Positions 10,190-22,463 of a stretch of DNA of 64,000 nt are shown piece by piece; the stretch's first letter is position 1, and the number at the start of each line of letters is the position of its first letter. Under the pieces are notes generated by a model. It saw only the letters and a list, made by a program, of their open reading frames with translations. It had not been told where the DNA came from and did no database searches. The stretch comes from Polyangiaceae bacterium (GTDB taxonomy: Bacteria > Myxococcota_A > Polyangia > Polyangiales > Polyangiaceae), in contig DASVWO010000297.1 of NCBI GenBank assembly GCA_036393165.1, positions 510 to 64,509 on the forward strand, given 5' to 3'. Both the position numbers and the translations under genes were made by a program.

Positions 10190-10219
10190 GCGACCGCCGT
10201 CAATACCAAGCTCGGCCCC

Positions 10220-10786
10220 TCAGCGCGAGCGGGACCGCTGGGCGAAGCGACGCGCGAGCACGGGCGCGACGAAGGTGAGCAGCAGCACGGCGGCAACCGT
10301 CAGATCGATCGCCCTCCCGACGGCGACGCGGTCGCGGAGCACGCCGAAGGCGAACCCCACCCCCACGAGACCCCCGACCTCCACCACGCCCGCCAGCGCA
10401 TCGATCGCCAGGAAGCGCCCGAAGGGAACGCGCGAAGCGCCCACGGCGAAGTACACGAAGCCGCGGAGGCCCACGAGGAAGCGCGCGAGCACGATGGCCC
10501 GGGCGCTGCTTCGCTGCACGAGCTCCTCCCCCCAGATGCGCCAGTGCTCCGGCAGCATGCGCTGTCCGAAGCGCGTGCGCAGGATGCGCGCCAGGAGCAG
10601 CCGGCCCACCCAGTAGCTGACGACGTCGCCGATCACGCACGCGAGCAGGCCCGCCGCGGCGGCGCCGACGACGGTCACGCTCCCGAGGCGAGCGGCATAG
10701 CCGGCGCCGAGGAGCGTCGCTTCTTCCGGGATCGGAAGAAACGCGGTGCTCAGGGTGGCGAGGAAGATGACCGCGTAGAGGCGCAA
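10220..10786 (-). CDS. DedA/VTT-family membrane protein
   Basis: Inner TTG start of ORF 10220..11110 (upstream part is Arg-rich junk). Sequence LRLYAVIFLATLSTAFLPIPEEATLLGAGY...VIGDVVSYWVGR. Confidence 0.7.
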   Translation of the reverse strand: MRLYAVIFLATLSTAFLPIPEEATLLGAGYAARLGSVTVVGAAAAGLLACVIGDVVSYWVGRLLLARILRTRFGQRMLPEHWRIWGEELVQRSSARAIVLARFLVGLRGFVYFAVGASRVPFGRFLAIDALAGVVEVGGLVGVGFAFGVLRDRVAVGRAIDLTVAAVLLLTFVAPVLARRFAQRSRSR

Positions 10787-10827
10787 GATTGGGTAATCTC
10801 CAGAGGCTCGGCTCCCGGGAGGATCGC

Positions 10828-12162
10828 ATGTCCACGAGTCGTCACGCGTGGGTGCTCGTCGTCGTGCTCGGATGCTCGTCGTCCAGCGCCACCACGGGCA
10901 GCTCGCCGCAGGGGAACGGCGACGGGGCCGCGGGGGATGGGCAGGTGGAAGGCGGCACGCCGGACGGCCAGGCGGAAGCCGCCGGCGACGACGGCGGGAA
11001 GCTCGATGCCACCCGCGACGGCGTCGGCGTCGTCCTGCCCGACGGGTCGGGTGGGTCGGATGCGACCGCCGATGGCCCGACCGAGGCCTCCACGACCGAC
11101 GCCGGCGCACGCACCCCCTTCCCCTCGGTCACGGTGCACGGCTCCGGCGTCATGACGAACATCAAGCTGGTGAGCCTCGTCGCGTCCAACGACACGAACG
11201 GATCGACGCTGCTCTCGTTCGGCGACGCGCTCGTCGCCAGCCAGTGGTGGAAGACCGTGAGCGCCCCGTACGCGGCCGGGCCCATCGCGTCGCACACCAA
11301 GCTCACCGGCGCCGCGCTCACCGCCAACGTGACGGTCGACGACATCCAGACCTTCATCACGTCGACGCTGACCGCGCAGAGCCAGCCGGCACCGGACGCG
11401 AACAGCCTCTACGTCCTGTACCTGCCGCAGAACGTGTGGGTCGTGGACCCGACGACCAACCAGCCGAACACCGACTGCCAGTACTACGAGGGCTTCCACT
11501 ACTACGACCTGAACAACCAGAACTTCATCTGGGCCATCGCCCAGCAGTGCCCGATGGGCGGCGGCATCCCGGGCCTGACGACGGCCGTGCAGTCGGCCAC
11601 GCACGTCGCGAGTCACGAGATCCTCGAGGCAGCCACCGACGTGCACGGCACCGACGGATGGTCACTCGACTGCGGCAACGACAACCCGCCGAACTGCACA
11701 CCCTGGGTATACGTGCCTGCCTTCCCGGGCGAGATCGGCGATCTCTGCGCCTGGACGCAGACCACCGAGGCTGGCTTCGTGTTCACGCGCATCTGGTCCA
11801 ACGCCGCGGCCGCTGCCGGGGGCGACCCCTGCATCCCCGCCGGCGCGTCGCCGTACGTGAGCGCCGGCACGACGCAGAGCTGGTACACGATCGCCGCCGG
11901 GCAGACGCTCCAGGTTCCGGTGACCGGCTGGGCGCCGAGCGCCTCGCCGGCGTGGCAAATCTACAGCTACGCCGGCTACGACCCGAAGAGCGAGTTCACC
12001 GTGTCGCCAAACGCGTTCGAGTCGCTCGGCGTCGCCACGACCAACAGCTTCACGGTGAGCGCGCCCACGACGGCCGTGTCCGGCGACTACGTCGTGGTCG
12101 ACGTCGCCAGCTACACGGCCACCGAGATTCACCCCTGGGCCGTCGGCTTCTACGTGCCGTGA
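10828..12162 (+). CDS. hypothetical secreted lipoprotein
   Basis: ATG at 10828 gives MSTSRHAWVLVVVLGCSSS (lipobox). High GC3. Contains SHEILEAATD, but no family confidently recognised. Confidence 0.7.
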   Translation: MSTSRHAWVLVVVLGCSSSSATTGSSPQGNGDGAAGDGQVEGGTPDGQAEAAGDDGGKLDATRDGVGVVLPDGSGGSDATADGPTEASTTDAGARTPFPSVTVHGSGVMTNIKLVSLVASNDTNGSTLLSFGDALVASQWWKTVSAPYAAGPIASHTKLTGAALTANVTVDDIQTFITSTLTAQSQPAPDANSLYVLYLPQNVWVVDPTTNQPNTDCQYYEGFHYYDLNNQNFIWAIAQQCPMGGGIPGLTTAVQSATHVASHEILEAATDVHGTDGWSLDCGNDNPPNCTPWVYVPAFPGEIGDLCAWTQTTEAGFVFTRIWSNAAAAAGGDPCIPAGASPYVSAGTTQSWYTIAAGQTLQVPVTGWAPSASPAWQIYSYAGYDPKSEFTVSPNAFESLGVATTNSFTVSAPTTAVSGDYVVVDVASYTATEIHPWAVGFYVP

Positions 12163-12407
12163 CGCGGAACACGCGGTCCGCCGCGCTCACTCAGGGTGAA
12201 GCGCAAGAACCGCGCGTCGCAGGTCTCGCACCGGAAGGGCAGCACTCCGAACCAGGAGTAGAAGCGCTCAGCTCCCCGCCTCGCCGAACGCCGCGTGGAT
12301 TCACTCTCACAACGCGGACACCGGATCATTCACTTGGCGTAGCACGCGCGGTCCAGCCCGCCGGTGACGTTCGTGCTTGGGTCCGGTGAACATGGCGGAC
12401 TCTAGCT

Positions 12408-13811
12408 TCAGGGGTTGAAGTCTTCCGGTCTCACCGGAGCGTGATCGGTCGACGCCGGCTGAGGCGCAGGCTGCGCAGCGGGCGCGGCGGCGGGCTTCTT
12501 CGCGGCGGCCTTCGCGCCCTTGCTGCCCTTCGTGCTCTTCGGAGCCGGCGTCGCGTCCGGCGTGGGGGCCGGAGCCGGCGTGGTCTTCGCGGCCTGCGCC
12601 TCGGCGACACCGACCGGCGGCACGGTCGAACCCGGCTTCACGTGCGGGCGCACCTTTGCGGTCGCCATCGCCACCTTCGGATCCGTCTGCTCGGGGATCG
12701 CGACCGGCTCGATGCGCTTCCACCCGTTCTTCGCGAAGCCGTCGAGCAGCGCGTCGAGCGTGTCCTCCTCGAAGGACAGCTCGTCCTTGGTGGACGAGAT
12801 GGAGCCGAGCAGGCCGAGCGCGTGGCCGACCCAGTTCTTGGTGCGGCTGACCGTCTCGCTCGTCAGGTCGCCCATGCTGATCTTGCCCATGTCGTCCTTC
12901 GAGAGGCCGTTGAGCGTGATGGCCGGGGTCATGCCGTCGAGCGTGACGTTCGGCTGCAGGCCCTGGAGCGACGGACGCTTGCCGGTCTGCTCCTCGATGA
13001 TGTCGGCCACGAAGACCGGGACCATCGCCTTGACCGAGTCGAGCATGCTCGTGACGGCCAGCGGGTAGCGCACGGCGGCGGCGCCGTCGGCGATCGTGGC
13101 GTCCTCGACGGCCTGGCGGAGGTTCACGAGGGCATTGGCGACGGCGTCGCGCGCGTCGGCCGGCGTCTTGGCGGCGGCGTCCTTGGCGCCGTCGAGGAAC
13201 TTCTTCTTGAGCGGGTCGACCTCGTCCTCCTTGGCGGACTTCTGCTTCTTGAGGTCGTCGACGTTCTTGTCGTGCGCCTTCTTGTCGGCGTCGCTCACGT
13301 CCTTCGCGTCGCGCGCGTTCTTCTCCTGCTCTATCTGCGCGTCGAGCTGGGAAATCTCGTCCTCCTTGGCCGTGATCGCGGCGTACTGGTCGCCGAGATC
13401 CTTGGACACGATGCCGAGCACGTTGGGCGAGCTGCCATCGGTGCTCTGGACGTCGCTCAGCGTGCGGAGCCACACCTCGGCCGCGACGATGCGGGCGTGC
13501 GACTGCGCGTAGAGCGGGTCCTGCGTGAGCGCCTTCATGTCGGCGGCGGCGTCCTCGGGCTTGGGGCCGACGTTCTTGAGCCAGTCGGAGTCGGGGCTGG
13601 CCGGGGTCGAGTTGAGCAGGCGGTTCACCTGCTTCGACGTGGCATCGGCCGCATCCGCGCGGCGGACGACCACGGTCATGGGCGCGGGGTCCTTGATGGC
13701 CCAGGCGACCTTGGGATTCGCCATGGCGCCGAGCGCCCCGCATCCCGTCATCACAGAGAGAAGCCCGAACAGCGCGCAGCCCGTCGCCGCGCGACCCCAG
13801 ATGGTCGACAT
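12408..13811 (-). CDS. hypothetical lipoprotein, Asp/Lys-rich central region and Ala/Pro/Lys-rich tail
   Basis: ORF 467 aa. MSTIWGRAATGCALFGLLSVMTGCG lipobox. Good coding bias. Confidence 0.7.
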   Translation of the reverse strand: MSTIWGRAATGCALFGLLSVMTGCGALGAMANPKVAWAIKDPAPMTVVVRRADAADATSKQVNRLLNSTPASPDSDWLKNVGPKPEDAAADMKALTQDPLYAQSHARIVAAEVWLRTLSDVQSTDGSSPNVLGIVSKDLGDQYAAITAKEDEISQLDAQIEQEKNARDAKDVSDADKKAHDKNVDDLKKQKSAKEDEVDPLKKKFLDGAKDAAAKTPADARDAVANALVNLRQAVEDATIADGAAAVRYPLAVTSMLDSVKAMVPVFVADIIEEQTGKRPSLQGLQPNVTLDGMTPAITLNGLSKDDMGKISMGDLTSETVSRTKNWVGHALGLLGSISSTKDELSFEEDTLDALLDGFAKNGWKRIEPVAIPEQTDPKVAMATAKVRPHVKPGSTVPPVGVAEAQAAKTTPAPAPTPDATPAPKSTKGSKGAKAAAKKPAAAPAAQPAPQPASTDHAPVRPEDFNP

Positions 13812-14023
13812 GTTCCTTTAGTCCTCCAGCCCGCCCTACCCCAGACGCGCTGCGCACAAATACGGTGGTCCTGGACGGATCTTCCCTCCCGTCGATCGCG
13901 AAATGTCGCGACGGGAGCCAGCGAACGGGCGCGATGGGGCGCCGGCGGACCAGGCACAAGTGAGCGGAATGACGAGAGGTTCGCAGGCTCGAGAATGGCA
14001 CCGCGGGTGCACTGGGGGAGCGC

Positions 14024-14896
14024 ATGAAGTATTTGCCGCTGCTCTGCGCGTTGTCGCTCACCGCCGGATGCGGGCCGAGTGCGGGTGGCGACGCTGCGGG
14101 GTCCGGTGGAAACGACGCGTCGGAGGACGGCGGACCGCCGTCCGTCGAGGAGGGCGGGGGCGGTGCCATGGACGGCGCCGGCAACGTGGAGGCGTCAGCC
14201 CCCACCGATGGCGGTCACCATGACGCGGGGGACGCCGGTCGCCCCCACGACGCGGCGGCGGAAGCGGCACCCGTGTGCGGCAAGCACCTGACGGTCGTCT
14301 TCTCGGTGGGCACCGGCGCGGGATCGCTTGCCAGCCACGCGAGCAGCTGCTGGACAGTCGTCGACGCGGATGGTGCCGCCAACCCGCAGTGGCGCAAGTG
14401 CAGCACGAGCAACTTCGTCGTCGGCAACCCGAATGCGCCCAACTGGGCCTTCGACGACTCGAATCCCGATGCCCCGCTGAGCGAGGACCAGTCGTTCCTC
14501 CAGCAGTGCGCGGCGGGATCGACCGGCGAGGGATTCGAGTACCTCGCGTACCGCGGAAGCTGGCGGCTCATGTTCCCGGCAACGCACCTGAAAGCGTTCT
14601 TCGCCGAGGTCTACACGAGCGACGACGAGGTAGACGACCTCTGGTCGCAGCCCGGCGTTTACTCCGGCAACTCGCAGCTGGCGAATCACACCGTCTACCC
14701 GATGATCAACATCGGCCCGCGCAACCCTCCGTCGAACGTTGCCACCGTGATCGAGAACGGTGCGCTCTCCATGTGCAAGACGGTGAAGGACGGCGGCATG
14801 CTCGGCGTCTACGTCGGCGAGTGGAACCTACCGATGCCGTCGAGCGACCCCCGCATCCTCGCGCTCGCCAAGGCGCTCGACGCGTGCACGAAGTGA
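14024..14896 (+). CDS. hypothetical lipoprotein
   Basis: ORF 290 aa. MKYLPLLCALSLTAGCG lipobox. GGGGAG RBS 5 nt upstream of the ATG. Confidence 0.7.
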   Translation: MKYLPLLCALSLTAGCGPSAGGDAAGSGGNDASEDGGPPSVEEGGGGAMDGAGNVEASAPTDGGHHDAGDAGRPHDAAAEAAPVCGKHLTVVFSVGTGAGSLASHASSCWTVVDADGAANPQWRKCSTSNFVVGNPNAPNWAFDDSNPDAPLSEDQSFLQQCAAGSTGEGFEYLAYRGSWRLMFPATHLKAFFAEVYTSDDEVDDLWSQPGVYSGNSQLANHTVYPMINIGPRNPPSNVATVIENGALSMCKTVKDGGMLGVYVGEWNLPMPSSDPRILALAKALDACTK

Positions 14897-14957
14897 TGGG
14901 CGCGGCAGCACCGCCCTCCCCAGGAACGGGACCGCTATCGACACTGGTCCTCCGCTT

Positions 14958-17309
14958 TTACGACTCGGCCCGCGACGCATCTCGGGGCGTCAGGCGCAGC
15001 GTCGCGCGGGCACGGGCCCGCACAGTCTCGGGCGTCCACGCGATGGAGAGGCCTTCGCCACGCTCCCAGAGGGGCAAGAGGTCGTCGTAGTGAGGAGAGA
15101 ACGGGTTGCCGGACTCGCCGCCAGCGAGGACCCAGCGGCTCGCCTCCCAGTTGCCGACGTCCATCACGGCGCGCATGTTCGGGATGCCGATGGCGTTCCC
15201 GAAGGGGTCGGCGGGATCGACGGATCCCTGCGGGATGGTGCTGGCATCGCCGCCGACGAAGAGAGGACCGCGGTTGAAGACGCGGTCGAGCGGACGCTTG
15301 GAGCCGACCGCATGAACGAGGACGAGCGGGCGGACCTTGCCCCAGGCCCACGCGTCCGGATTGGAGCCGGCACGCTGCGTGAGCTGCTGCACGACGTGAG
15401 AGAGGGCGTCGGCGATCTCGGCGGGCCAGCCTCGGGCGAACCACCCCTGGGGCTGCTCCTTCAGGAGACGCGCGATGTGGTCGCCACGACGGAGCGCCAT
15501 GTGGCTGTGGGGGAGGACGACGTTGAAGCCCTCGCCGAGGACGACGCGCCAGGATCGAGGCGCCTTCGCGCGCGTCGCCCGCACCGTCATCTCGGCGAAG
15601 AGCAGCGCGTAGACGCTCGCGGCCGCGGAATGGGAGGACATCTCGCCGTTCCAGTCCTCCAGGAGCTTCACGGCGCCGGCAAGGCGTGACCCGGCATGCT
15701 CGCGTACGGCGGCGAGCAGCGGCTCTCGCAGCGTTCGCCATAGGACGGTCGTGCGGTCCACCTGGAGCTTCAGCGTGGAAGCGACGTCCCAGTCCTTGCG
15801 CTCGGCGAGCGACTCGATGATGCGCGCGTAACGGTGGCCATCGAGCCAGTCGGCGCCGAGGAAGCCCGGAGTCGTGACGTCGCTCTTGCCGGGAGCCTGG
15901 TTCGCGCTCGCGACGAAGCCCTCGGGCGGGTCGACGCGTCGAGGCATCTCGTCGAACGGACGCGGCGCTTCCTTCCACCCCAGCGACGTGTCCCATCCCG
16001 GCGTCGGCAGGGTGCCGTTCGCCTTCTTGCGCACGGGCGTGTCGCCGATCAGCTGCCACGCGATGTGTCCGTCGACGTCGGCGAAGACGCGGCTCTCGGA
16101 GAGGAAGGGGTACGACGCGTAGACCTTGCGCGCCTCGTCGGCGCTCTTGGTGCGGAAGACGCCGTACGCACTGAAGGGCCGGCGCGCCATCCACGTGCCG
16201 CGCAGCGAGAGGGCCGCGCCTTCGCCGCCGAGCACCGGGCTGACGATGGGACCGCGTGGCGTGACGAGCACGCGCTCCACGACTTCCGCCCCACGCTTCA
16301 CGCGGATGCGCTCCTCGCGCACCGTGCAGGGGACGTGGCGACCGTCCTCGAGGACGCTCGCGCCGTCGGCGCCGATGCGCTCGAGGAACAGATCGGTGTT
16401 GTCGACGTGCCCCGCGGTGATGCCCCACGCGACGCGCTCGTTGTGGCCGCACGACACGACCGGCTGCGACGGCATGCACGCGCCGGTCATGGCCCACGCG
16501 GGCGTGCGCACATGCGCGAGGTACCAGTGCGCCGGCAGCGCGGGCGACAGGTGGGGATCGTTCGCGAGGATCGGCCGACCCGTGGAGGTGCGCGAGGGGG
16601 CGATGGCCCAGTTGTTCGATGCGCCAGCGAGGCCCGAGACCGCGACCGCCTTGGCGGCGTCCGCCGCGAAGGCCTCCGCCGCGCGCACCATCTTCACGTC
16701 CACGTCCGCCCGATCGCCGAGGAGCGACGGCGCTCCCCACTCGAGCGCGGCGAGCGCCTCGGGACCATCGTCGTGCAGGATGCGCAGGCGCGTGAGCTCC
16801 GCATCCCAGTTGGAGCAGAGCGCGAAGGCGAAGAAGTGCAGCACGGCGATCGCGTCCGACGGCTCGAAGCGCGTCGGCTCGGCGCCGAGCAGCACGTGCT
16901 CGTGGGGCTTTCGCGGGAGGCCCAGACGCACGCCGTCGTTGATTCCGCGGGCGAACGCGTCGAGCTGCGCGCGCGTTCGCTCGTCGGCGAGCGGAAGCTG
17001 CTCCCGCGCGATGCGGTCGAACCCCACGCGTCGCGAGAGGCGATCGACCGGGAGCATCTCCGCCCCGACCACCTCGGAGAGCGTCCCGTGCACGAGGCGC
17101 AGCAGCATTTCGAGGTGGAACGCGCGGTCCTGCCCCTGGCAGAAGCCGAGCCCGTAGAACGCGTCGGCGTCCGTCTGCGCCTCCACGTACGGCACGCCGT
17201 GCTCGTCGCGCCGGATGACGACGTCGCGATCGATCCCGCGCACCTCCAGCGTGCCCTCCGTCCTCGGAAGGCGCGCACCCAGCAGCAACCGGAAGAGCCC
17301 CCGCAGCAT
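14958..17309 (-). CDS. penicillin acylase-family Ntn hydrolase (possible N-acyl-homoserine-lactone / lipopeptide acylase)
   Basis: ORF 783 aa. Autoprocessing/nucleophile motif GASNNWAIAPSRTSTGRPILANDPHL. Confidence 0.88.
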   Translation of the reverse strand: MLRGLFRLLLGARLPRTEGTLEVRGIDRDVVIRRDEHGVPYVEAQTDADAFYGLGFCQGQDRAFHLEMLLRLVHGTLSEVVGAEMLPVDRLSRRVGFDRIAREQLPLADERTRAQLDAFARGINDGVRLGLPRKPHEHVLLGAEPTRFEPSDAIAVLHFFAFALCSNWDAELTRLRILHDDGPEALAALEWGAPSLLGDRADVDVKMVRAAEAFAADAAKAVAVSGLAGASNNWAIAPSRTSTGRPILANDPHLSPALPAHWYLAHVRTPAWAMTGACMPSQPVVSCGHNERVAWGITAGHVDNTDLFLERIGADGASVLEDGRHVPCTVREERIRVKRGAEVVERVLVTPRGPIVSPVLGGEGAALSLRGTWMARRPFSAYGVFRTKSADEARKVYASYPFLSESRVFADVDGHIAWQLIGDTPVRKKANGTLPTPGWDTSLGWKEAPRPFDEMPRRVDPPEGFVASANQAPGKSDVTTPGFLGADWLDGHRYARIIESLAERKDWDVASTLKLQVDRTTVLWRTLREPLLAAVREHAGSRLAGAVKLLEDWNGEMSSHSAAASVYALLFAEMTVRATRAKAPRSWRVVLGEGFNVVLPHSHMALRRGDHIARLLKEQPQGWFARGWPAEIADALSHVVQQLTQRAGSNPDAWAWGKVRPLVLVHAVGSKRPLDRVFNRGPLFVGGDASTIPQGSVDPADPFGNAIGIPNMRAVMDVGNWEASRWVLAGGESGNPFSPHYDDLLPLWERGEGLSIAWTPETVRARARATLRLTPRDASRAES

Positions 17310-17318
17310 GGTCCGGCC

Positions 17319-18974
17319 CTACTTCTTCTCGAACAGACCGCCGTACGTCTCGCGAAGGCGCGTCTTGAGGAACTTGCCCGTCGACGTGCGCGGGATCTGC
17401 TCGACGAACACGTACGCGTCCGGCAGCCAGAACTTGGCGAAGTGCCCCTCCAGGTGCGCCACGAGCTCCGCCTCGGTCACGATCATTCCCTTCTTGGCCA
17501 CCACCGCAGCGATCGGCCGCTCGTCCCACTTCGGGTGGCGCCCCGCGAACACCGCCGCCTCGAGCACCGCCGGGTGGCTCATGATCGCGTTCTCGAGCGC
17601 GACGCTGCTGATCCACTCGCCGCCGCTCTTGATGACGTCTTTCGACCGATCGTTGATGCGGATGTAGCCGTTGGCGTCGATGGTCACGACGTCGCCCGTC
17701 TTGAACCAGCCGTCCTTCGTCCAGCGGTCCTTCCCCTCGTCACCGAGATAAGAGGCGGCGACCCACGGGCCGCGCACCTCGAGCTCCCCCATCGTCTCGC
17801 CGTCCCACGGGAGCACCTTGCCCGCGTCGTCCGTGTGACGCGTCTCGACGAACGGCACGGGGAAGCCCTGCGTCGCGCGGATGCGGAAGCGCTCCTCCTC
17901 GCTGCCATCGGCGAGCGATCGCTTCACCTGGGCGATGCTCCCCAGCGGCTGCGTCTCGGTCATGCCCCAGGCGTGCAGCACGGTGAGGCCGTGGCGCTTC
18001 TGGAATCCCTCCATCATCGCCGGCGGCGCCGCCGAACCGCCGACCACCATGCGGCGCAGCTTCGAGAGATCCCACTTCTTCGGGTTCGCGTCGAGCAGCG
18101 CGAGGATGCCGAGCCAGATGGTCGGCACGCCGCCGGCGCAGGTGACCTTCTCGGCCGCCATGAGATCGAGGATGCCCTCCGGATCCAGCTTCGGCCCCGG
18201 GAACACCATCTTCGCGCCCACGAGGGCGCACGTGTGCGGCAGCCCCCACGCGTTCGCGTGGAACATCGGCACGACCGGCAGCACCGTGTCGTTCATCGAG
18301 AGCCCCAGCGCATCGGCGGCGGCCGAGGCAATCGCGTGCAGCACGCTCGACCTGTGGCTGTAGACGACGCCCTTGGGATTCCCGGTGGTGCCGGACGTGT
18401 AACAGATCTGCGCCGCCGTGTTCTCGTCGAGCCTGGGCCAGTCGTAGTCGTCGCGCTCGGGCGCGATGAGCTTCTCGTAGTCGGTCATCCCCTGCGGCGT
18501 GCCGCCGCCGTCGTCCATCACGATGGTGTGCCGGATGGTCGGCACCTGCGGCGCGAACTGCTCGTAGAGAGGCAGGAGCGACTTGTCGACCAGCACCACG
18601 CTGTCCTCGGCGTGCCGCGCGATGTACGCGATGTCGTTCGGGTGCAGGCGCAGATTGAGCGTGTGCATCACGGCGCCCATCATCGGCACCGCGAAGTACG
18701 CCTCGAGGTGCCGGTGGTGGTTCCACGCGAGCGTCGCCACGCGATCGCCCGACTTGACCCCGAGCCGCTCGAGCGCGTGCGCGAGCTTGGCGGCGCGCCC
18801 GTAGACGTCGGCCCAGGTCTGGCGGTGCAGCTCGAGGTCGGCGCCGCGGCTCACGATCTCGGTGGTGCCGAAGTGTCGACGCGCACGATCCATCAGGTGG
18901 GTGAGCGTCAGGGGGAAATCCATCATGCGGCCGGGCGTCATGGGCCGCGATGGTACGCCCATCGGGAGTGGCAT
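17319..18974 (-). CDS. AMP-dependent acyl-CoA synthetase (fatty-acid--CoA ligase)
   Basis: ORF 551 aa. AMP-binding motif ICYTSGTTGNPKGVVYSHRS, and GEWISS...P. The true start may be one of the internal Met codons (18941 or 18926). Confidence 0.88.
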   Translation of the reverse strand: MPLPMGVPSRPMTPGRMMDFPLTLTHLMDRARRHFGTTEIVSRGADLELHRQTWADVYGRAAKLAHALERLGVKSGDRVATLAWNHHRHLEAYFAVPMMGAVMHTLNLRLHPNDIAYIARHAEDSVVLVDKSLLPLYEQFAPQVPTIRHTIVMDDGGGTPQGMTDYEKLIAPERDDYDWPRLDENTAAQICYTSGTTGNPKGVVYSHRSSVLHAIASAAADALGLSMNDTVLPVVPMFHANAWGLPHTCALVGAKMVFPGPKLDPEGILDLMAAEKVTCAGGVPTIWLGILALLDANPKKWDLSKLRRMVVGGSAAPPAMMEGFQKRHGLTVLHAWGMTETQPLGSIAQVKRSLADGSEEERFRIRATQGFPVPFVETRHTDDAGKVLPWDGETMGELEVRGPWVAASYLGDEGKDRWTKDGWFKTGDVVTIDANGYIRINDRSKDVIKSGGEWISSVALENAIMSHPAVLEAAVFAGRHPKWDERPIAAVVAKKGMIVTEAELVAHLEGHFAKFWLPDAYVFVEQIPRTSTGKFLKTRLRETYGGLFEKK

Positions 18975-18997
18975 GGGCTAGGATGCGCGCTCCTTCC

Positions 18998-19894
18998 ATG
19001 ATCCGCATCCGCCGCCTCGCCTTCTCGCTCCCGTTGCTTGCCCTCGTCCTCGTGGTCCTCGCCTGCACCAAGCCGGGCGACGACTGCACCGACACCCCCG
19101 GCAGCTGCAAGAGCAAGACGACGCATTTCGTGTGCGTGAACAAGAAGTACGTCCTCGAGACGTGCAAGGGTCAGAACGGCTGCAACGACGACGGCAAGAC
19201 GCTCGTGTGCGACTCGTCGAAGGCCGACGTCGGCGACGGCTGCGGCACCGAGGGCTCGCGCGCCTGCTCGATGGACGGCAAGCAGGAGCTCCGCTGCCGC
19301 GACAGCAAGTTCGCCATCGAGTGGGGCTGCCGCGGCGGGTGCACGCTCGACCAGAACGGCAACCCGAAGTGCGCGCCGATGGGCGAGGTGGGTCAGCCGT
19401 GCCGGGCGGACTCCTTCGCGTGCGACGCCGACCAGAAGACCGAGCTCTCGTGCGTCGACGGCAAGTACGCCGTGCACCGCACCTGCCACGGCGCGCGCGG
19501 GTGCGAGACGGCGCCGGGCGGCGGCATCCGTTGCGACCGCACCAAGGCCACCGACGGCGAGGCGTGCCTCGAGGAGGGACGCGGCGCGTGCGACCTGGCG
19601 CAGCAGTACGTGCTCGTGTGCCAGGGAGGGAAGTTCACCAAGACGATGGACTGCCTCGGGGCGCTTCACTGCGAGCTGCCCGGCAACTACAGCGTGCGCT
19701 GCGACAAGAGCATCGTGCCGCTCGGCGAGGCATGCACCGAAGACGGCGCCATCTCGTGCACGCCCGACGGCAAGCAGGTGTCGTGCAGCAGCGGCAAGTG
19801 GGACATCGACAAGAAGTGGAAGCCGAAGAAGGGCGAGACCTGCGCGAACCGCTACCGCGTCAGCTACGAGACCGAGAAGTTCGAGCCGCGCTGA
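18998..19894 (+). CDS. Cys-rich repeat lipoprotein (about 4.5 tandem ~55-aa modules)
   Basis: Inner ATG of ORF 18950..19894 gives MIRIRRLAFSLPLLALVLVVLAC (lipobox). Repeated pattern G.(P/A/G)C..(E/D)G..(A/S)C..DGK.EL.C.DGK......C.G..GC.......(V/I/P)(R/K)C. Confidence 0.75.
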   Translation: MIRIRRLAFSLPLLALVLVVLACTKPGDDCTDTPGSCKSKTTHFVCVNKKYVLETCKGQNGCNDDGKTLVCDSSKADVGDGCGTEGSRACSMDGKQELRCRDSKFAIEWGCRGGCTLDQNGNPKCAPMGEVGQPCRADSFACDADQKTELSCVDGKYAVHRTCHGARGCETAPGGGIRCDRTKATDGEACLEEGRGACDLAQQYVLVCQGGKFTKTMDCLGALHCELPGNYSVRCDKSIVPLGEACTEDGAISCTPDGKQVSCSSGKWDIDKKWKPKKGETCANRYRVSYETEKFEPR

Positions 19895-20094
19895 GTCCAG
19901 AGATGCCCCTGCAGCCTGCGCTGGATGGGCCCGTGGAACGGGATGCACAGCGACGGTACCGTCACCTGCACCGGCGGCTCCCGACCTGAAGACGTTCTAC
20001 GCGCAGAGCTCCCCGGGCCAGACGACGCGCATCTCCCTCGCCGGGCGCGAGGTGAAGCGCACGTGCATCGGGCCTCCTCCGCCCGCGCCTGCGC

Positions 20095-21450
<1,356 letters not shown>

Positions 21451-21464
21451 GCCCTCCGTGGGAA

Positions 21465-22459
<995 letters not shown>

Positions 22460-22463
<4 letters not shown>

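Noticed and set aside
13996-14011. Sigma-54 promoter-like element TGGCAC-N5-GTGCA upstream of the lipoprotein gene at 14024. It is attractive because an FHA-sigma54 activator is encoded in the window.
   Set aside because: The -12 element ends only 12 nt before the ATG. Transcription would therefore start at or beyond the RBS and start codon, unless the mRNA is leaderless. There is also one mismatch in the -12 box. It is too weak to report as a feature.
15834-19001. Very long ORFs (for example 15834..19001 at 1055 aa, 1779..3911, 276..1604, 50315..53647, 41227..44448, 31289..33670) with Arg/Ala/Gly/Pro-rich translations
   Set aside because: They lie antisense or out of frame to genes with clear family motifs. 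Their composition is what a 70% GC genome yields in non-coding frames, and they show no recognisable domains. They are treated as shadow ORFs.
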